Assembly (NCBI GenBank): GCA_003220345.1 | Contig: QHSC01000080.1 | Span: 5,999-69,998 of the forward strand | Source of the DNA: Candidatus Rokuibacteriota bacterium | GTDB taxonomy: Bacteria; Methylomirabilota; Methylomirabilia; Rokubacteriales; CSP1-6 | Direction of reading: 5' to 3' | Length of the DNA: 64,000 nucleotides | Part shown: positions 40,328 through 50,491 of the stretch, in pieces | How the letters are laid out: each line of letters begins with the position of its first letter | Numbering within the stretch: position 1 is the first letter of the stretch | Made by a program: the position numbers and the translations under genes | Notes under the pieces: model-generated | The model's input: only the letters and a program-made list of their open reading frames with translations | Told to the model about the DNA's origin: nothing | Database searches by the model: none

Positions 40328-40810
40328 ATGAACATCCTGGTGCCGGACATCGCCGTGGCGGAGAAGATCCTCCGCTCCGTCGCCGTCTACGGCTTCCTGC
40401 TCGTAGCCTTTCGCATCGCAGGCAAGCGCCAGCTCGGCCAGATGACGGCCTTCGATCTCATCGTGCTCCTCATCATCAGCAACGTTCTCCAGAACGCAGC
40501 CATCGGCAACGACAACTCCCTGGGCGGGGGGCTCCTGGGCGCCACCGTGATCATCGTCCTCAACTATCTCATCGCGTGGCTGACCTACCGCCACCGGGGG
40601 CTCGAGCGGATCGTCGAGAACTCTCCGACCATCCTCGTCAAGCACGGCCACGTCTTGCGCTCGAATCTCGATAGAGAGTGCATGAGCCTCCCCGAGCTCC
40701 GGGCAGCCCTGCGCAAGGAAGGCATCACCACGATGAGCGAGGTGCGCTACGCCATCCTCGAAGAGGATGGCCACGTGACCGTGATCCCGAGAAGGGCCAC
40801 GCCGGCGTGA
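40328..40810 (+). CDS. DUF421/YetF family membrane protein
   Basis: GKRQLGQMTAFD, AILEEDG.VTVI. Confidence 0.88.
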   Translation: MNILVPDIAVAEKILRSVAVYGFLLVAFRIAGKRQLGQMTAFDLIVLLIISNVLQNAAIGNDNSLGGGLLGATVIIVLNYLIAWLTYRHRGLERIVENSPTILVKHGHVLRSNLDRECMSLPELRAALRKEGITTMSEVRYAILEEDGHVTVIPRRATPA

Positions 40811-41466
40811 GCCTGATCGCGGGCTGGTTCTCGGCGGGCCCGGGGGTGGGTGACCCCGCGACCCTGCTCGCGCACTGGGGCTATGTCGCGGTCTTCGTCC
40901 TCGTCATCCTCGGCAACGCGGGAGTGCCCGTCCCCGAGGAGACCGTCCTCCTCCTCGCGGGCTACCTCGTGTGGCGCGGAGAGCTCGAGCTGCACATCGT
41001 GCTCGCCGTCGGCTTCGCGGCCGCCGTCATCGGCGACAATATCGGCTACTGGCTGGGGCGCCGCTTCGGCAAGGGCGCGCTCGAGCGCCACGCGCACTGG
41101 ATCCTCGGACACCCGGAGCGGCTCGAGTCCATGCAGCGCTTCGTCGCTCGGCGCGGCGCCCTGGCCGTCTTCGTCGCCCGCTTCGTGCCCGGGCTCAGGT
41201 TCACGGCGGGCCCGCTCGCCGGCGCCCTCGGCCTCGATGCGTGGTCCTTCATGGGCGCCAACGTGCTCGGCGCCGCCTTCTACGTTCCCCTCACGGTGGC
41301 GGGCGGGTGGGCCATCGGCTATGGACTGGGCGGCTACGTCGAGCGGCTGAGGCGGGTCGTGGGCAACGTGGAGCACTTCGTGCTGCTGGCCGCGGTGGCC
41401 AGCGCGGGCGCGCTCATCGCGTGGCGCGCCGCGCGCTGGCTGAGCCGACGGCCCAAGGCCTCCTGA
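40807..41466 (+). CDS. DedA family membrane protein
   Basis: PVPEE, GDNIGYWLGRRFG, ARFVPGLR. Confidence 0.9.
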   Translation: MSLIAGWFSAGPGVGDPATLLAHWGYVAVFVLVILGNAGVPVPEETVLLLAGYLVWRGELELHIVLAVGFAAAVIGDNIGYWLGRRFGKGALERHAHWILGHPERLESMQRFVARRGALAVFVARFVPGLRFTAGPLAGALGLDAWSFMGANVLGAAFYVPLTVAGGWAIGYGLGGYVERLRRVVGNVEHFVLLAAVASAGALIAWRAARWLSRRPKAS

Positions 41467-41481
41467 GCCGCCTCGGCGGGC

Positions 41482-42453
41482 TCAGGGCGCCTTGACGTCG
41501 CCGAACCCGTCCGACCCGCGCAGGCGATCGTCCGTCCCCGGGATATAGCGCCGCTCGAGCTCCTGGAAATGGGCGACTCTCGCCATCACGTGATGGCTCT
41601 CCGTGGGGTGGCCCACCTTGGTGCGCTCGAGCCCCCATTGCCCCTGTTCCTCGTTCTTGACGAGATCGTGCATGGCATTCCACACCGCGTACATGGCGGC
41701 GTGCGCGCCGTAGAGGGTGATGAAGATGAACTTGTAGCCGAGCTCGCCCAGCTCGCGGAACGTGAAGGGATGGGGATCCTTGTGCCACCGGAAGGACGAC
41801 GAGTAGTTGAAGGCGAGAGGGAGCTTCGGGTGGGTCTGGCGCATGGCCCGGGCGAACTCGATGGCGGGGCCGCGGTCGGAGTTCGACAGCTCGCACCAGA
41901 CCAGATCCACGCCGGCGTCGGCATACGCCCGCCCGCGCCAGATCGCCTCCTCCATGCTTCCCCCCACCGCCCCGTAGGCGTCGGTGCGCGCGATGACCAC
42001 GAAGTCTCGGTCGAGCCTGTCTCGCTCGGCGAGGGCGGCGCGATACTTCCCGATGGCCTCCTCGCGTGACACGACGGTCTTGCCCGCGATGTGGCCACAG
42101 CGCTTGGGGAAGCGCTGATCTTCGAGGTGGATGCCCGCCACCCCGGTCTTCACGAACTCCTGTACCGTGCGCATGGTCGAAAGGGCATTGCCGTAGCCGT
42201 CGTCGGCGTCGGCGATGATCGGGACCTCGACGGCGCTGGCGACCATGGAGGCCGTCTTGGCGACCTCGGTCATGGTCAGGAGGCCCATGTCCGGCCACCC
42301 GTTGAGCATGGCCACCGAGTATCCGGACAGGTAGATGGACTTCATGCCCGCGCTCTCCGCGATCTGAGCGTCGAGGGGCGAGTAGATTCCGCCCGTGTAG
42401 AGGTACGGCTCGTCCCGGAGCAGCTGACGGAAGATCGTGCCCTTGCTCTCCAT
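41482..42453 (-). CDS. aceA: Isocitrate lyase (ICL/PEP mutase family, resembling the haloarchaeal type)
   Basis: DADDGYG, HLEDQ, KRCGH, ARTDA, AFNYSSSF, LGYKFIFITL. Confidence 0.8.
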   Translation of the reverse strand: MESKGTIFRQLLRDEPYLYTGGIYSPLDAQIAESAGMKSIYLSGYSVAMLNGWPDMGLLTMTEVAKTASMVASAVEVPIIADADDGYGNALSTMRTVQEFVKTGVAGIHLEDQRFPKRCGHIAGKTVVSREEAIGKYRAALAERDRLDRDFVVIARTDAYGAVGGSMEEAIWRGRAYADAGVDLVWCELSNSDRGPAIEFARAMRQTHPKLPLAFNYSSSFRWHKDPHPFTFRELGELGYKFIFITLYGAHAAMYAVWNAMHDLVKNEEQGQWGLERTKVGHPTESHHVMARVAHFQELERRYIPGTDDRLRGSDGFGDVKAP

Positions 42454-42467
42454 GTCTTCCTCCGCGC

Positions 42468-42653
42468 TCAGATCCGCGCGGGCGCCGATGGCGCCCAGGG
42501 CAGCTCGAGCAGGTTCTCGGCACAGTGGCCGCAGTAGTGGGTGGACTCGAGCTGGTACGCGCACGCGGAACAGCAGGGCGCCCCGCATGCGATGCATCCA
42601 AGCTGCTCGAAGGCGAAACGCACTTCGCTTCCGCACCGGCAGTGACCGGCCAT
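42468..42653 (-). CDS. Small Cys-rich putative zinc-binding protein (61 aa)
   Basis: AAAGGAGG SD; HCRCG...CIAC...CCSAC...YCGHC. Confidence 0.72.
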   Translation of the reverse strand: MAGHCRCGSEVRFAFEQLGCIACGAPCCSACAYQLESTHYCGHCAENLLELPWAPSAPARI

Positions 42654-42688
42654 GGCAGACCTCCTTTGGTCTTGGCCGTGGCATGGCG

Positions 42689-42703
42689 GCAAGAAGCGTT
42701 CCG
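42689..42703 (-). promoter_or_regulatory. Sigma54 -24/-12 promoter
   Basis: CGGAACGCTTCTTGC (GG-N10-GC). Confidence 0.65.
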
Positions 42704-42766
42704 AGGCGCTAAGTGGCTGGAAGAATGCGAGTCTCGCCAGCTCGATCCCTGTGGAGTGATCAGAAA

Positions 42767-42900
42767 GTGAGACGCTAAGGTCTCACAAATTCACGTCCAG
42801 GCAAGCCATCTGAATCTCAAACTATTATGGAACCTGGCGCGATTGCCTTTTCATCAGTATGGGACTCGCAGGTCTCACTACTGAGACTCATATGTCCCAC
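42767..42900. promoter_or_regulatory. Three enhancer-like palindromes TGRGAC-N6-GTCYCA
   Basis: Copies at 42767-42786, 42859-42878 and 42881-42900. Confidence 0.75.
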
Positions 42901-44242
42901 TTCTGAAAGACTTTGTTTTGATTCGGTATTTCAATATGAGGCGATGGAGATTGCGGCGGGTGATCCCGGCTCGCCTGGCCGCCACCGAGACATTGCCGCG
43001 GGCCTCTGCCAACAAGCGGCTGATGGCCTCACGCTCGAAGAGAGCCAGGGTCCTGGCGCGGGCTTGCAGGAATCCTTCGCCCGCCCGGAGCGTCGCCGGC
43101 GCAGGCTCCTGCAGGTGCAACGGAAGATGAGCGACGTCAACCTGGCGACTCGTGGCCAGCACTACCGCGCGCTCGATGATGTTCTCGAGCTCGCGTAAAT
43201 TGCCGGGCCACGGATACCGCTTGAGGAGGTCGAGGGCTTCCGGGGCAAAGCGGTCCACGCGCTTGTTGACCTTGGCCTCGGCCTTGCGAAGGAAGTGATG
43301 GGCGAGCACGGGAATGTCCTCGGTCCGCTCACGCAGCGGCGGAAGCGTGATGGTGAAAGTGTTGAAGCGGTAGAAGAGATCCTCCCTGAACTCGCTGACC
43401 GCGAGCGCCTTCTCGAGATCACGGTTGGTGGCGGCGATGACGCGCACCCGGACCTTGCGAGTGACCACGTCCCCCACGGGCTTGATCTCGCCCGTCTGCA
43501 GCACGCGGAGGAGCTTGGCCTGCATCTCGAGCGGCATGTCGCCGACCTCGTCGAGGAAGATGGTGCCGCCGTCCGCCCGCTCGAAGAGGCCAGGCTTGTC
43601 CGCCACCGCGCCCGTGAAGGCCCCGCGCTTGTGGCCGAAGAGCTCGGATTCGAGCAGGGTGGGAGCGAGGGCCGTGCAGTTGACGGTGACGAGGGGCCGC
43701 TCCCGCACGTTCGAGTACCGGTGAATGGCGCGAGCCACCAGCTCCTTGCCCGTGCCCGACTCGCCGCGGATGAGCACGGTGGTGGGGGTGGCGGCCACGC
43801 GCACGATCAGCTCGGCCAGCTCCTTCATCTTGGGATTCTGGCCGAGGATGAAGTCGCCCTCGGCCTGCGCCTGGATCTCGCGCAGCATCATCCCGTACCG
43901 GTCTTCCAGCTCCTCCGAGCGCTTGCGCTCCGCGAGCAGGTCCCACATGAACTTGGCGCTCGCCCCGCCCATCACCTCGGCGGTGGGAGGTTTGAGCGTC
44001 TGGATGGCCCGCTCGACGTCGGGACTCCCCGTGACGTCGATGATGAGATCCACCGTCGGGTCGGCCACGAGGGCGCCGAGCTCCGTGGCCACGGGGACAT
44101 TGAGTCGCCGCGCCAGCTCGAGACCGGGGGCCCACGGATTGAGATCGGCAATCCCGAGGATGGTGACGGTGGGATCGCCCACGAACATCTCGAGGAGGGC
44201 GCGCCCTCCCTTGCCGGCCCCGATGATGACGACCTTGGTCAT
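42878..44242 (-). CDS. Sigma54-dependent activator with N-terminal Rossmann-like (BkdR-type) domain
   Basis: IIGAGKGG N-terminus; GESGTGKE, ESELFGHKRGAFTGA, WPGNLREL; C-terminal HTH. Confidence 0.92.
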   Translation of the reverse strand: MTKVVIIGAGKGGRALLEMFVGDPTVTILGIADLNPWAPGLELARRLNVPVATELGALVADPTVDLIIDVTGSPDVERAIQTLKPPTAEVMGGASAKFMWDLLAERKRSEELEDRYGMMLREIQAQAEGDFILGQNPKMKELAELIVRVAATPTTVLIRGESGTGKELVARAIHRYSNVRERPLVTVNCTALAPTLLESELFGHKRGAFTGAVADKPGLFERADGGTIFLDEVGDMPLEMQAKLLRVLQTGEIKPVGDVVTRKVRVRVIAATNRDLEKALAVSEFREDLFYRFNTFTITLPPLRERTEDIPVLAHHFLRKAEAKVNKRVDRFAPEALDLLKRYPWPGNLRELENIIERAVVLATSRQVDVAHLPLHLQEPAPATLRAGEGFLQARARTLALFEREAISRLLAEARGNVSVAARRAGITRRNLHRLILKYRIKTKSFRSGTYESQ

Positions 44243-44261
44243 GGGCGGCGGCGAGGACCGA

Positions 44262-45623
44262 TCAGAACGGCTGCGGCACCTGGTCGCGTTCTGCGCGGTT
44301 CTCGAAGGACGCGTACTCGGGGATGAAGGTCAGGTTGATCGTCCCCGTGGGACCGTTCCGCTGCTTGCCGATGATGACCTGGGCGAGGTGCTCGTTCTCC
44401 GCCGGCTGCACGCCGTACCGATCGGGCCGGTAGAGAAAGAGGATGAGGTCGGCGTCCTGCTCGAGAGCGCCGGACTCGCGCAGGTCGGACAGCTGGGGCT
44501 CCTTGCTCTGGCGGCTCTCCACCGCGCGCGAAAGCTGGGAGAGGGCCACCACGGGCACGTTGAGCTCCTTGGCCAGGGCCTTGAGCGAGCGCGAGATCTC
44601 GGAGATCTCCTGCTGTCGGTTCTCGGGGTTCCGGCCCCGCATGAGCTGGAGATAGTCGATGACGATGAGGTCGAGGCCGTGCTCGGCCTTCATGCGTCTC
44701 GCCTTGGCCCGGGCCTCGAGCACGGACAGGGCGGGCGAGTCGTCGATGTAGATGGGCGCCTCCGCGAGCCGGCCCGCGGCGTTGGTGAGGCTCGTCCAGT
44801 CGCGCGTGTCGAGGTAACCCGTGCGCACCTTGTGCGAATCCACGCGCCCCTCCGCGCAGAGGAGACGCTGGACGAGCTGCTCCTTGGACATCTCGAGGCT
44901 CAGGACGAGGACGCGACGCTGGCTCCGCACGCCCGCGTACTTGGCGATGTTCATGGCGAAGGCGGTCTTGCCCATGGAGGGCCGCCCCGCAATGATGATG
45001 AAATCGCTCGACTGGAAGCCCGAGGTCTTCTCGTCGAGCCCGGAGAAGCCCGTGGCCAGTCCGGTGATGTGCTCCTTCTGGTCGTAGAGCTTCTCGATCT
45101 GCTCGAAGGTGCCCTTGAGGATGGAGCGCACGGGGAAGGCGGTGCCCTGCATGCGCCGCTCGGAGATCTGGAAGATGAGCCGCTCGGCGTCGTCCAGCAC
45201 CTTCTCGACGTCGTCGCGCCCGTCGTAGCTCCGGCCGATGATCTCGGTGGCGATCCGGATGAGGTCGCGCAGGACGGCCTTCTCCCGCACGATGGCGCCG
45301 TAGGAAAGGAGATGGGCGGCCGTGGCCGCCTCCTCGGCGAGGGCGCCGAGGGCGGCGGGACCTCCGACCTCGTCGAGCTCGCTGCGCCGGCGGAGCTCCT
45401 CGGAGATGGTGAGCAGGTCCACCGGCTCGTTGCGCTCGAAGAGCGCGAGCATGGAGTCGAAGATCTTGCGGTGGCCTTCCTTGTAAAAGTCGGCGGGCTT
45501 GAGGAGCTCGACCGCCTTGGGAAGGCTCTCCCGATCCAGGAGCATTCCCCCCAGCACCGCCCGCTCCGCCTCCAGGCTGTGCGGCGGGATCTTGGAGGTG
45601 AGGAGATCGGCGAGCGTCGCCAC
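44262..45623 (-). CDS. dnaB: Replicative DNA helicase
   Basis: PPHSLEAE, AGRPSMGKT, DYLQLM, SDLRESG. Confidence 0.98.
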   Translation of the reverse strand: MATLADLLTSKIPPHSLEAERAVLGGMLLDRESLPKAVELLKPADFYKEGHRKIFDSMLALFERNEPVDLLTISEELRRRSELDEVGGPAALGALAEEAATAAHLLSYGAIVREKAVLRDLIRIATEIIGRSYDGRDDVEKVLDDAERLIFQISERRMQGTAFPVRSILKGTFEQIEKLYDQKEHITGLATGFSGLDEKTSGFQSSDFIIIAGRPSMGKTAFAMNIAKYAGVRSQRRVLVLSLEMSKEQLVQRLLCAEGRVDSHKVRTGYLDTRDWTSLTNAAGRLAEAPIYIDDSPALSVLEARAKARRMKAEHGLDLIVIDYLQLMRGRNPENRQQEISEISRSLKALAKELNVPVVALSQLSRAVESRQSKEPQLSDLRESGALEQDADLILFLYRPDRYGVQPAENEHLAQVIIGKQRNGPTGTINLTFIPEYASFENRAERDQVPQPF

Positions 45624-45625
45624 GT

Positions 45626-46069
45626 CTACTCGCGGGTGACGGAGACCTTGAGCTGCGCGGTCACCTCGGCGTGAAGGCGGACGGGGACGGAGAACTCACC
45701 CACCGACTTGATCGGCTCGTCCAGGGCGATGCGCCGCCGCTCGATGTCGACGCCGTGCTCCGTGAGGTAGGCGGCGAGGTCGGCCTTGCCCACGGAGCCG
45801 AAGAGGCGCCCTTCGTCGGAGGCGGGGCGGACCTGGGTGAAGTGCAGCGCCTCGATCGCCGCCGCCTGGCTCTGGGCCTGGGCCTTGAGCTTGGCCGCCG
45901 CCGCGTCCTGGCGGCTCTTGATCTGCTCGAGGTTCTTGAGATTGGCGGGGGTGGCGTTGAGGGCCAGCTTCTGGGGCAGGAGGAAGTTGCGCGCGTAGCC
46001 GTCGGACACGTCACGGACCTCGCCGCGGCGGCCCAGCGACGGCACGTCGTCCATGAGAATGATCTTCAT
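45626..46069 (-). CDS. rplI: 50S ribosomal protein L9
   Basis: [16 protein letters not shown]. Confidence 0.98.
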   Translation of the reverse strand: MKIILMDDVPSLGRRGEVRDVSDGYARNFLLPQKLALNATPANLKNLEQIKSRQDAAAAKLKAQAQSQAAAIEALHFTQVRPASDEGRLFGSVGKADLAAYLTEHGVDIERRRIALDEPIKSVGEFSVPVRLHAEVTAQLKVSVTRE

Positions 46070-46078
46070 GCGCGCCCC

Positions 46079-46324
46079 CTACTCCGACGTCTGGGCCAGG
46101 AGCGCGACGGTACGCGCTCGCCGGATGGCGCGGGTGAGCTGGCGCTGGTGCCGGGCGCAGCTGCCCGAGATTCGGCGCGGGGTGATCTTGCCGCGCTCTG
46201 ACACGAAGTTCTTCAGCCGGCGCACGTCCTTGTAGTCGACGAGCTGCACCTTGTCCATGCAGAACTTGCAGACCTTGCGCCGGCCGAACCGGCGCCGCTT
46301 GACGGGCTTGCTAGTAGGCGGAAT
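46079..46324 (-). CDS. rpsR: 30S ribosomal protein S18 (Zn-binding form), probable ATT start
   Basis: Manual translation RRKVCKFC...DYKDV...[19 protein letters not shown]; missed by the ORF track. Confidence 0.93.
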   Translation of the reverse strand: MPPTSKPVKRRRFGRRKVCKFCMDKVQLVDYKDVRRLKNFVSERGKITPRRISGSCARHQRQLTRAIRRARTVALLAQTSE

Positions 46325-46357
46325 AGCTCTCTCTCCTTGTCGTGACGTTTCCCGCGC

Positions 46358-46771
46358 CTAGAAGGGGACTTCGTCTTCCCCTGCTTCGGCGGCGGCCTCG
46401 ACAGCCTCGGGCGGGCCGCCCGGCGCGGTCGCCGGCGCCTTGCTCCGTCCCATGAACTGCACGCGCTCTGCGACCACCTCGACCACGTTGCGCTTCTGGC
46501 CGTCCTTGGTCTCCCAGTCGCGCGTCTGCAGCCGCCCCTCCACCAGGATGGGGCTACCCTTGTCGAGGTACTCGCCGCAGCTCTCCGCCTGCTTGCCCCA
46601 CACCACCACCGTGAGGAAACAGGTCTCCTCGCGCTTCTCACCGCCCTGGGTCGTGTAGTTGCGATTCACCGCGAGGCGCAGGTCCGCCACCGCGGTGCCG
46701 CTGGGCGTGTAGCGAAGCTCCGGAGGACGCGTCAGGTTGCCCATGAGGAACACTTTGTTGAGGTTCGCCAT
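46358..46771 (-). CDS. ssb: Single-stranded DNA-binding protein
   Basis: NKVFLMGNLT, ELRYTPSG, C-terminal DEVPF. Confidence 0.98.
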   Translation of the reverse strand: MANLNKVFLMGNLTRPPELRYTPSGTAVADLRLAVNRNYTTQGGEKREETCFLTVVVWGKQAESCGEYLDKGSPILVEGRLQTRDWETKDGQKRNVVEVVAERVQFMGRSKAPATAPGGPPEAVEAAAEAGEDEVPF

Positions 46772-47124
46772 CAGGCGTTCTCCTCGACGGCCGCCGGCTG
46801 TGGCTTGGGCGTTCCGCGCACGCGCTTCTTGACAGGCACCCGCGTGGTCATGAAGCGCAGCACGTGCTCGTTGAGCTTGAGCTGCCGCTCGAACTCCTTG
46901 ACGGTGGCCGGCTCGGCAGAGCACTCGATGACCGCGTACGTGCCCTCCCGCTGCTTGCGCAAGTCATATGCGAGCCGACGCTTCCCCCAGCTCTCGGACT
47001 TGCCCGGCTCGGCGCCGAGTCCCTTCAGGGTCTCGGTGAGGCGACCGAGCAGCACCGGGACTTCCTCGTCGGTCAGTCGCGGATCGATGATGAGCAATAT
47101 CTCGTACGGATACAGACGATTCAC
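46771..47124 (-). CDS. rpsF: 30S ribosomal protein S6
   Basis: YE...WGKRRLAY...VLRFM; GGAGGAG SD before GTG. Confidence 0.96.
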   Translation of the reverse strand: MNRLYPYEILLIIDPRLTDEEVPVLLGRLTETLKGLGAEPGKSESWGKRRLAYDLRKQREGTYAVIECSAEPATVKEFERQLKLNEHVLRFMTTRVPVKKRVRGTPKPQPAAVEENA

Positions 47125-47264
47125 CTCCTCCAACTCCCCACGGTCAATTGGAAAAGCACTTGACCATACCACAGATGCCATTCCCGAACACCACCCATGC
47201 CCGTCATGTCCGCCCGTCCTGTCCGGATGATGGATGGGTCCGTGGCCCGCGTCAAGACGTGAAC

Positions 47265-47305
47265 AAAAAGACACGGCCCCCGCCGGATATCCGGCGGGGG
47301 CCGTG
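47265..47305 (-). terminator. Intrinsic terminator after groEL
   Basis: CACGGCCCCCGCCGG-ATAT-CCGGCGGGGGCCGTG followed by TCTTTTT. Confidence 0.85.
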
Positions 47306-47321
47306 AGCGTTTCAGATTCTC

Positions 47322-48941
<1,620 letters not shown>

Positions 48942-49041
48942 CTGACTCTCCTCCTCGTTCGTTCGTATGGAATTGACCGGCCTGGATGGCCGGCCGGGTG
49001 TCTGCCGGGCGCGCGCGCCCGGTCGTGTGCCGACCTACCGG

Positions 49042-49329
49042 CTACTCAAGAATGCAGAGCACGTCCTCTTCACGCAGGATCAGGTACTCCTCGTCGTCCA
49101 GCGTCACCTCGGACCCCGAGTACTTGCCGAAGAGGATCTTGTCGCCCGCCTTCACGTCGAGCGCGACCTTCTTGCCCTCGTCCGTGACCTTGCCATTTCC
49201 CACGGCGATCACCTTGCCCTCCTGCGGCTTCTCCTTTGCGGAGTCGGGGATGATGATCCCGCCCTTCTTGGTCTCCTTCTCTTCCTGGCGCTTGACGAGA
49301 ATCCGGTCATGCAACGGACGAATCTTCAT
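49042..49329 (-). CDS. groES: Co-chaperonin GroES
   Basis: [24 protein letters not shown]. Confidence 0.99.
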   Translation of the reverse strand: MKIRPLHDRILVKRQEEKETKKGGIIIPDSAKEKPQEGKVIAVGNGKVTDEGKKVALDVKAGDKILFGKYSGSEVTLDDEEYLILREEDVLCILE

Positions 49330-49394
49330 AGCCAAATCGCCTCCCGATAGATAAGATGTTGTGGCTCCTGATCCCTTCGTGACCGTTTCGGAGG

Positions 49395-49421
49395 TTAGCA
49401 CTCACCGACTACGAGTGCTAA
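49395..49421. promoter_or_regulatory. CIRCE element (HrcA operator)
   Basis: Perfect TTAGCACTC-N9-GAGTGCTAA overlapping TTGACT-N17-TATATT (49448-49420). Confidence 0.97.
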
Positions 49422-49495
49422 TATAGTCAACAAGGCTGGTCAAGTCAAGCGGCAATAATTCCAGCCATTTCAGCAGTTTATACGGAGGCTTCCTC

Positions 49496-50491
49496 ATGCC
49501 CGCCATCCCGTCGAAGCCCCGCGTCATGATCTCGCGAGCCCTGCCCGAGGAGGTCATCGCGCGCGCCAGGAGCCGGGCCGACGTGGATCTGCACGCGGGA
49601 GACAAGCCCCTGTCGAAGACCGAACTGATCGCGAGGGTGAAGGATCGCGAGGGTCTCGTGTGCCTCATCACCGACACCATCGATTCGTCGGTTTTCGAGT
49701 CCTCTCCCGGTCTCAAGGTGGTCTCCAACGTCGCCGTCGGCTTCAACAACATCGACGTGGCGGCGGCGACCAAGCGGGGCGTCGTGGTCACCAACACGCC
49801 GGACGTCCTCACGGAGACCACGGCGGACTTCGCGTGGACGCTCTTGATGGCCACGGCCCGGCGGCTGGTCGAGGCGGATCGCTACGTCCGCGACGGCAAG
49901 TTCACGCAGTGGGAGTACATGGTCCTGCTCGGCGGCGACGTCCACGACAAGACGCTGGGCATCATCGGCTTCGGGCGTATCGGCCGGGCCATGGCCCGGC
50001 GCGCCCTCGGCTTCAACATGCGCGTCCTCTATCAGGATGCCGTGGCGGCAGACCCCGCCACCGAGCGGGAGCTTCGCGCCACGCGCACGGATACGGCCAC
50101 GCTCCTGCGCGACTCCGATTTCGTCAGCATCCACACGCCGCTCCTCCCGGACACCCGCCACCTCATCAATGCGCAGTCGCTCCGCACCATGAAGAAGACG
50201 GCCTACCTCGTCAATGCCTCCCGCGGTCCCGTGGTCGACGAGGCGGCGCTGGTGCAGGCTCTGAAGGAAGGCTGGATCGCGGGAGCCGGTCTCGACGTCT
50301 TCGAGGAAGAGCCGAAGGTCCATCCCGGCCTCATGGGTCTTTCCAACGTGGTGCTCGCCCCGCATATCGCCAGCGCCTCCTCGGATACGCGGATCAAGAT
50401 GGCGGCCCTCGCCGTGGACAACTGTCTCGCGGTCCTCGAAGGGCAGACTCCCCCCACGCCCGTCAATCCGGAGGTCCTGGGGAAGCGCTAG
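49496..50491 (+). CDS. D-2-hydroxyacid dehydrogenase (glyoxylate reductase / D-glycerate dehydrogenase)
   Basis: VGFNNIDV, TNTPDVLT, GFGRIG, NASRG, GLDVFEEEP, PHIAS. Confidence 0.92.
   Translation: MPAIPSKPRVMISRALPEEVIARARSRADVDLHAGDKPLSKTELIARVKDREGLVCLITDTIDSSVFESSPGLKVVSNVAVGFNNIDVAAATKRGVVVTNTPDVLTETTADFAWTLLMATARRLVEADRYVRDGKFTQWEYMVLLGGDVHDKTLGIIGFGRIGRAMARRALGFNMRVLYQDAVAADPATERELRATRTDTATLLRDSDFVSIHTPLLPDTRHLINAQSLRTMKKTAYLVNASRGPVVDEAALVQALKEGWIAGAGLDVFEEEPKVHPGLMGLSNVVLAPHIASASSDTRIKMAALAVDNCLAVLEGQTPPTPVNPEVLGKR

Noticed and set aside
47125-47160. S6:S18 leader RNA upstream of rpsF
   Set aside because: A hairpin with CCG next to the SD is suggestive but too short to call without a covariance-model search.
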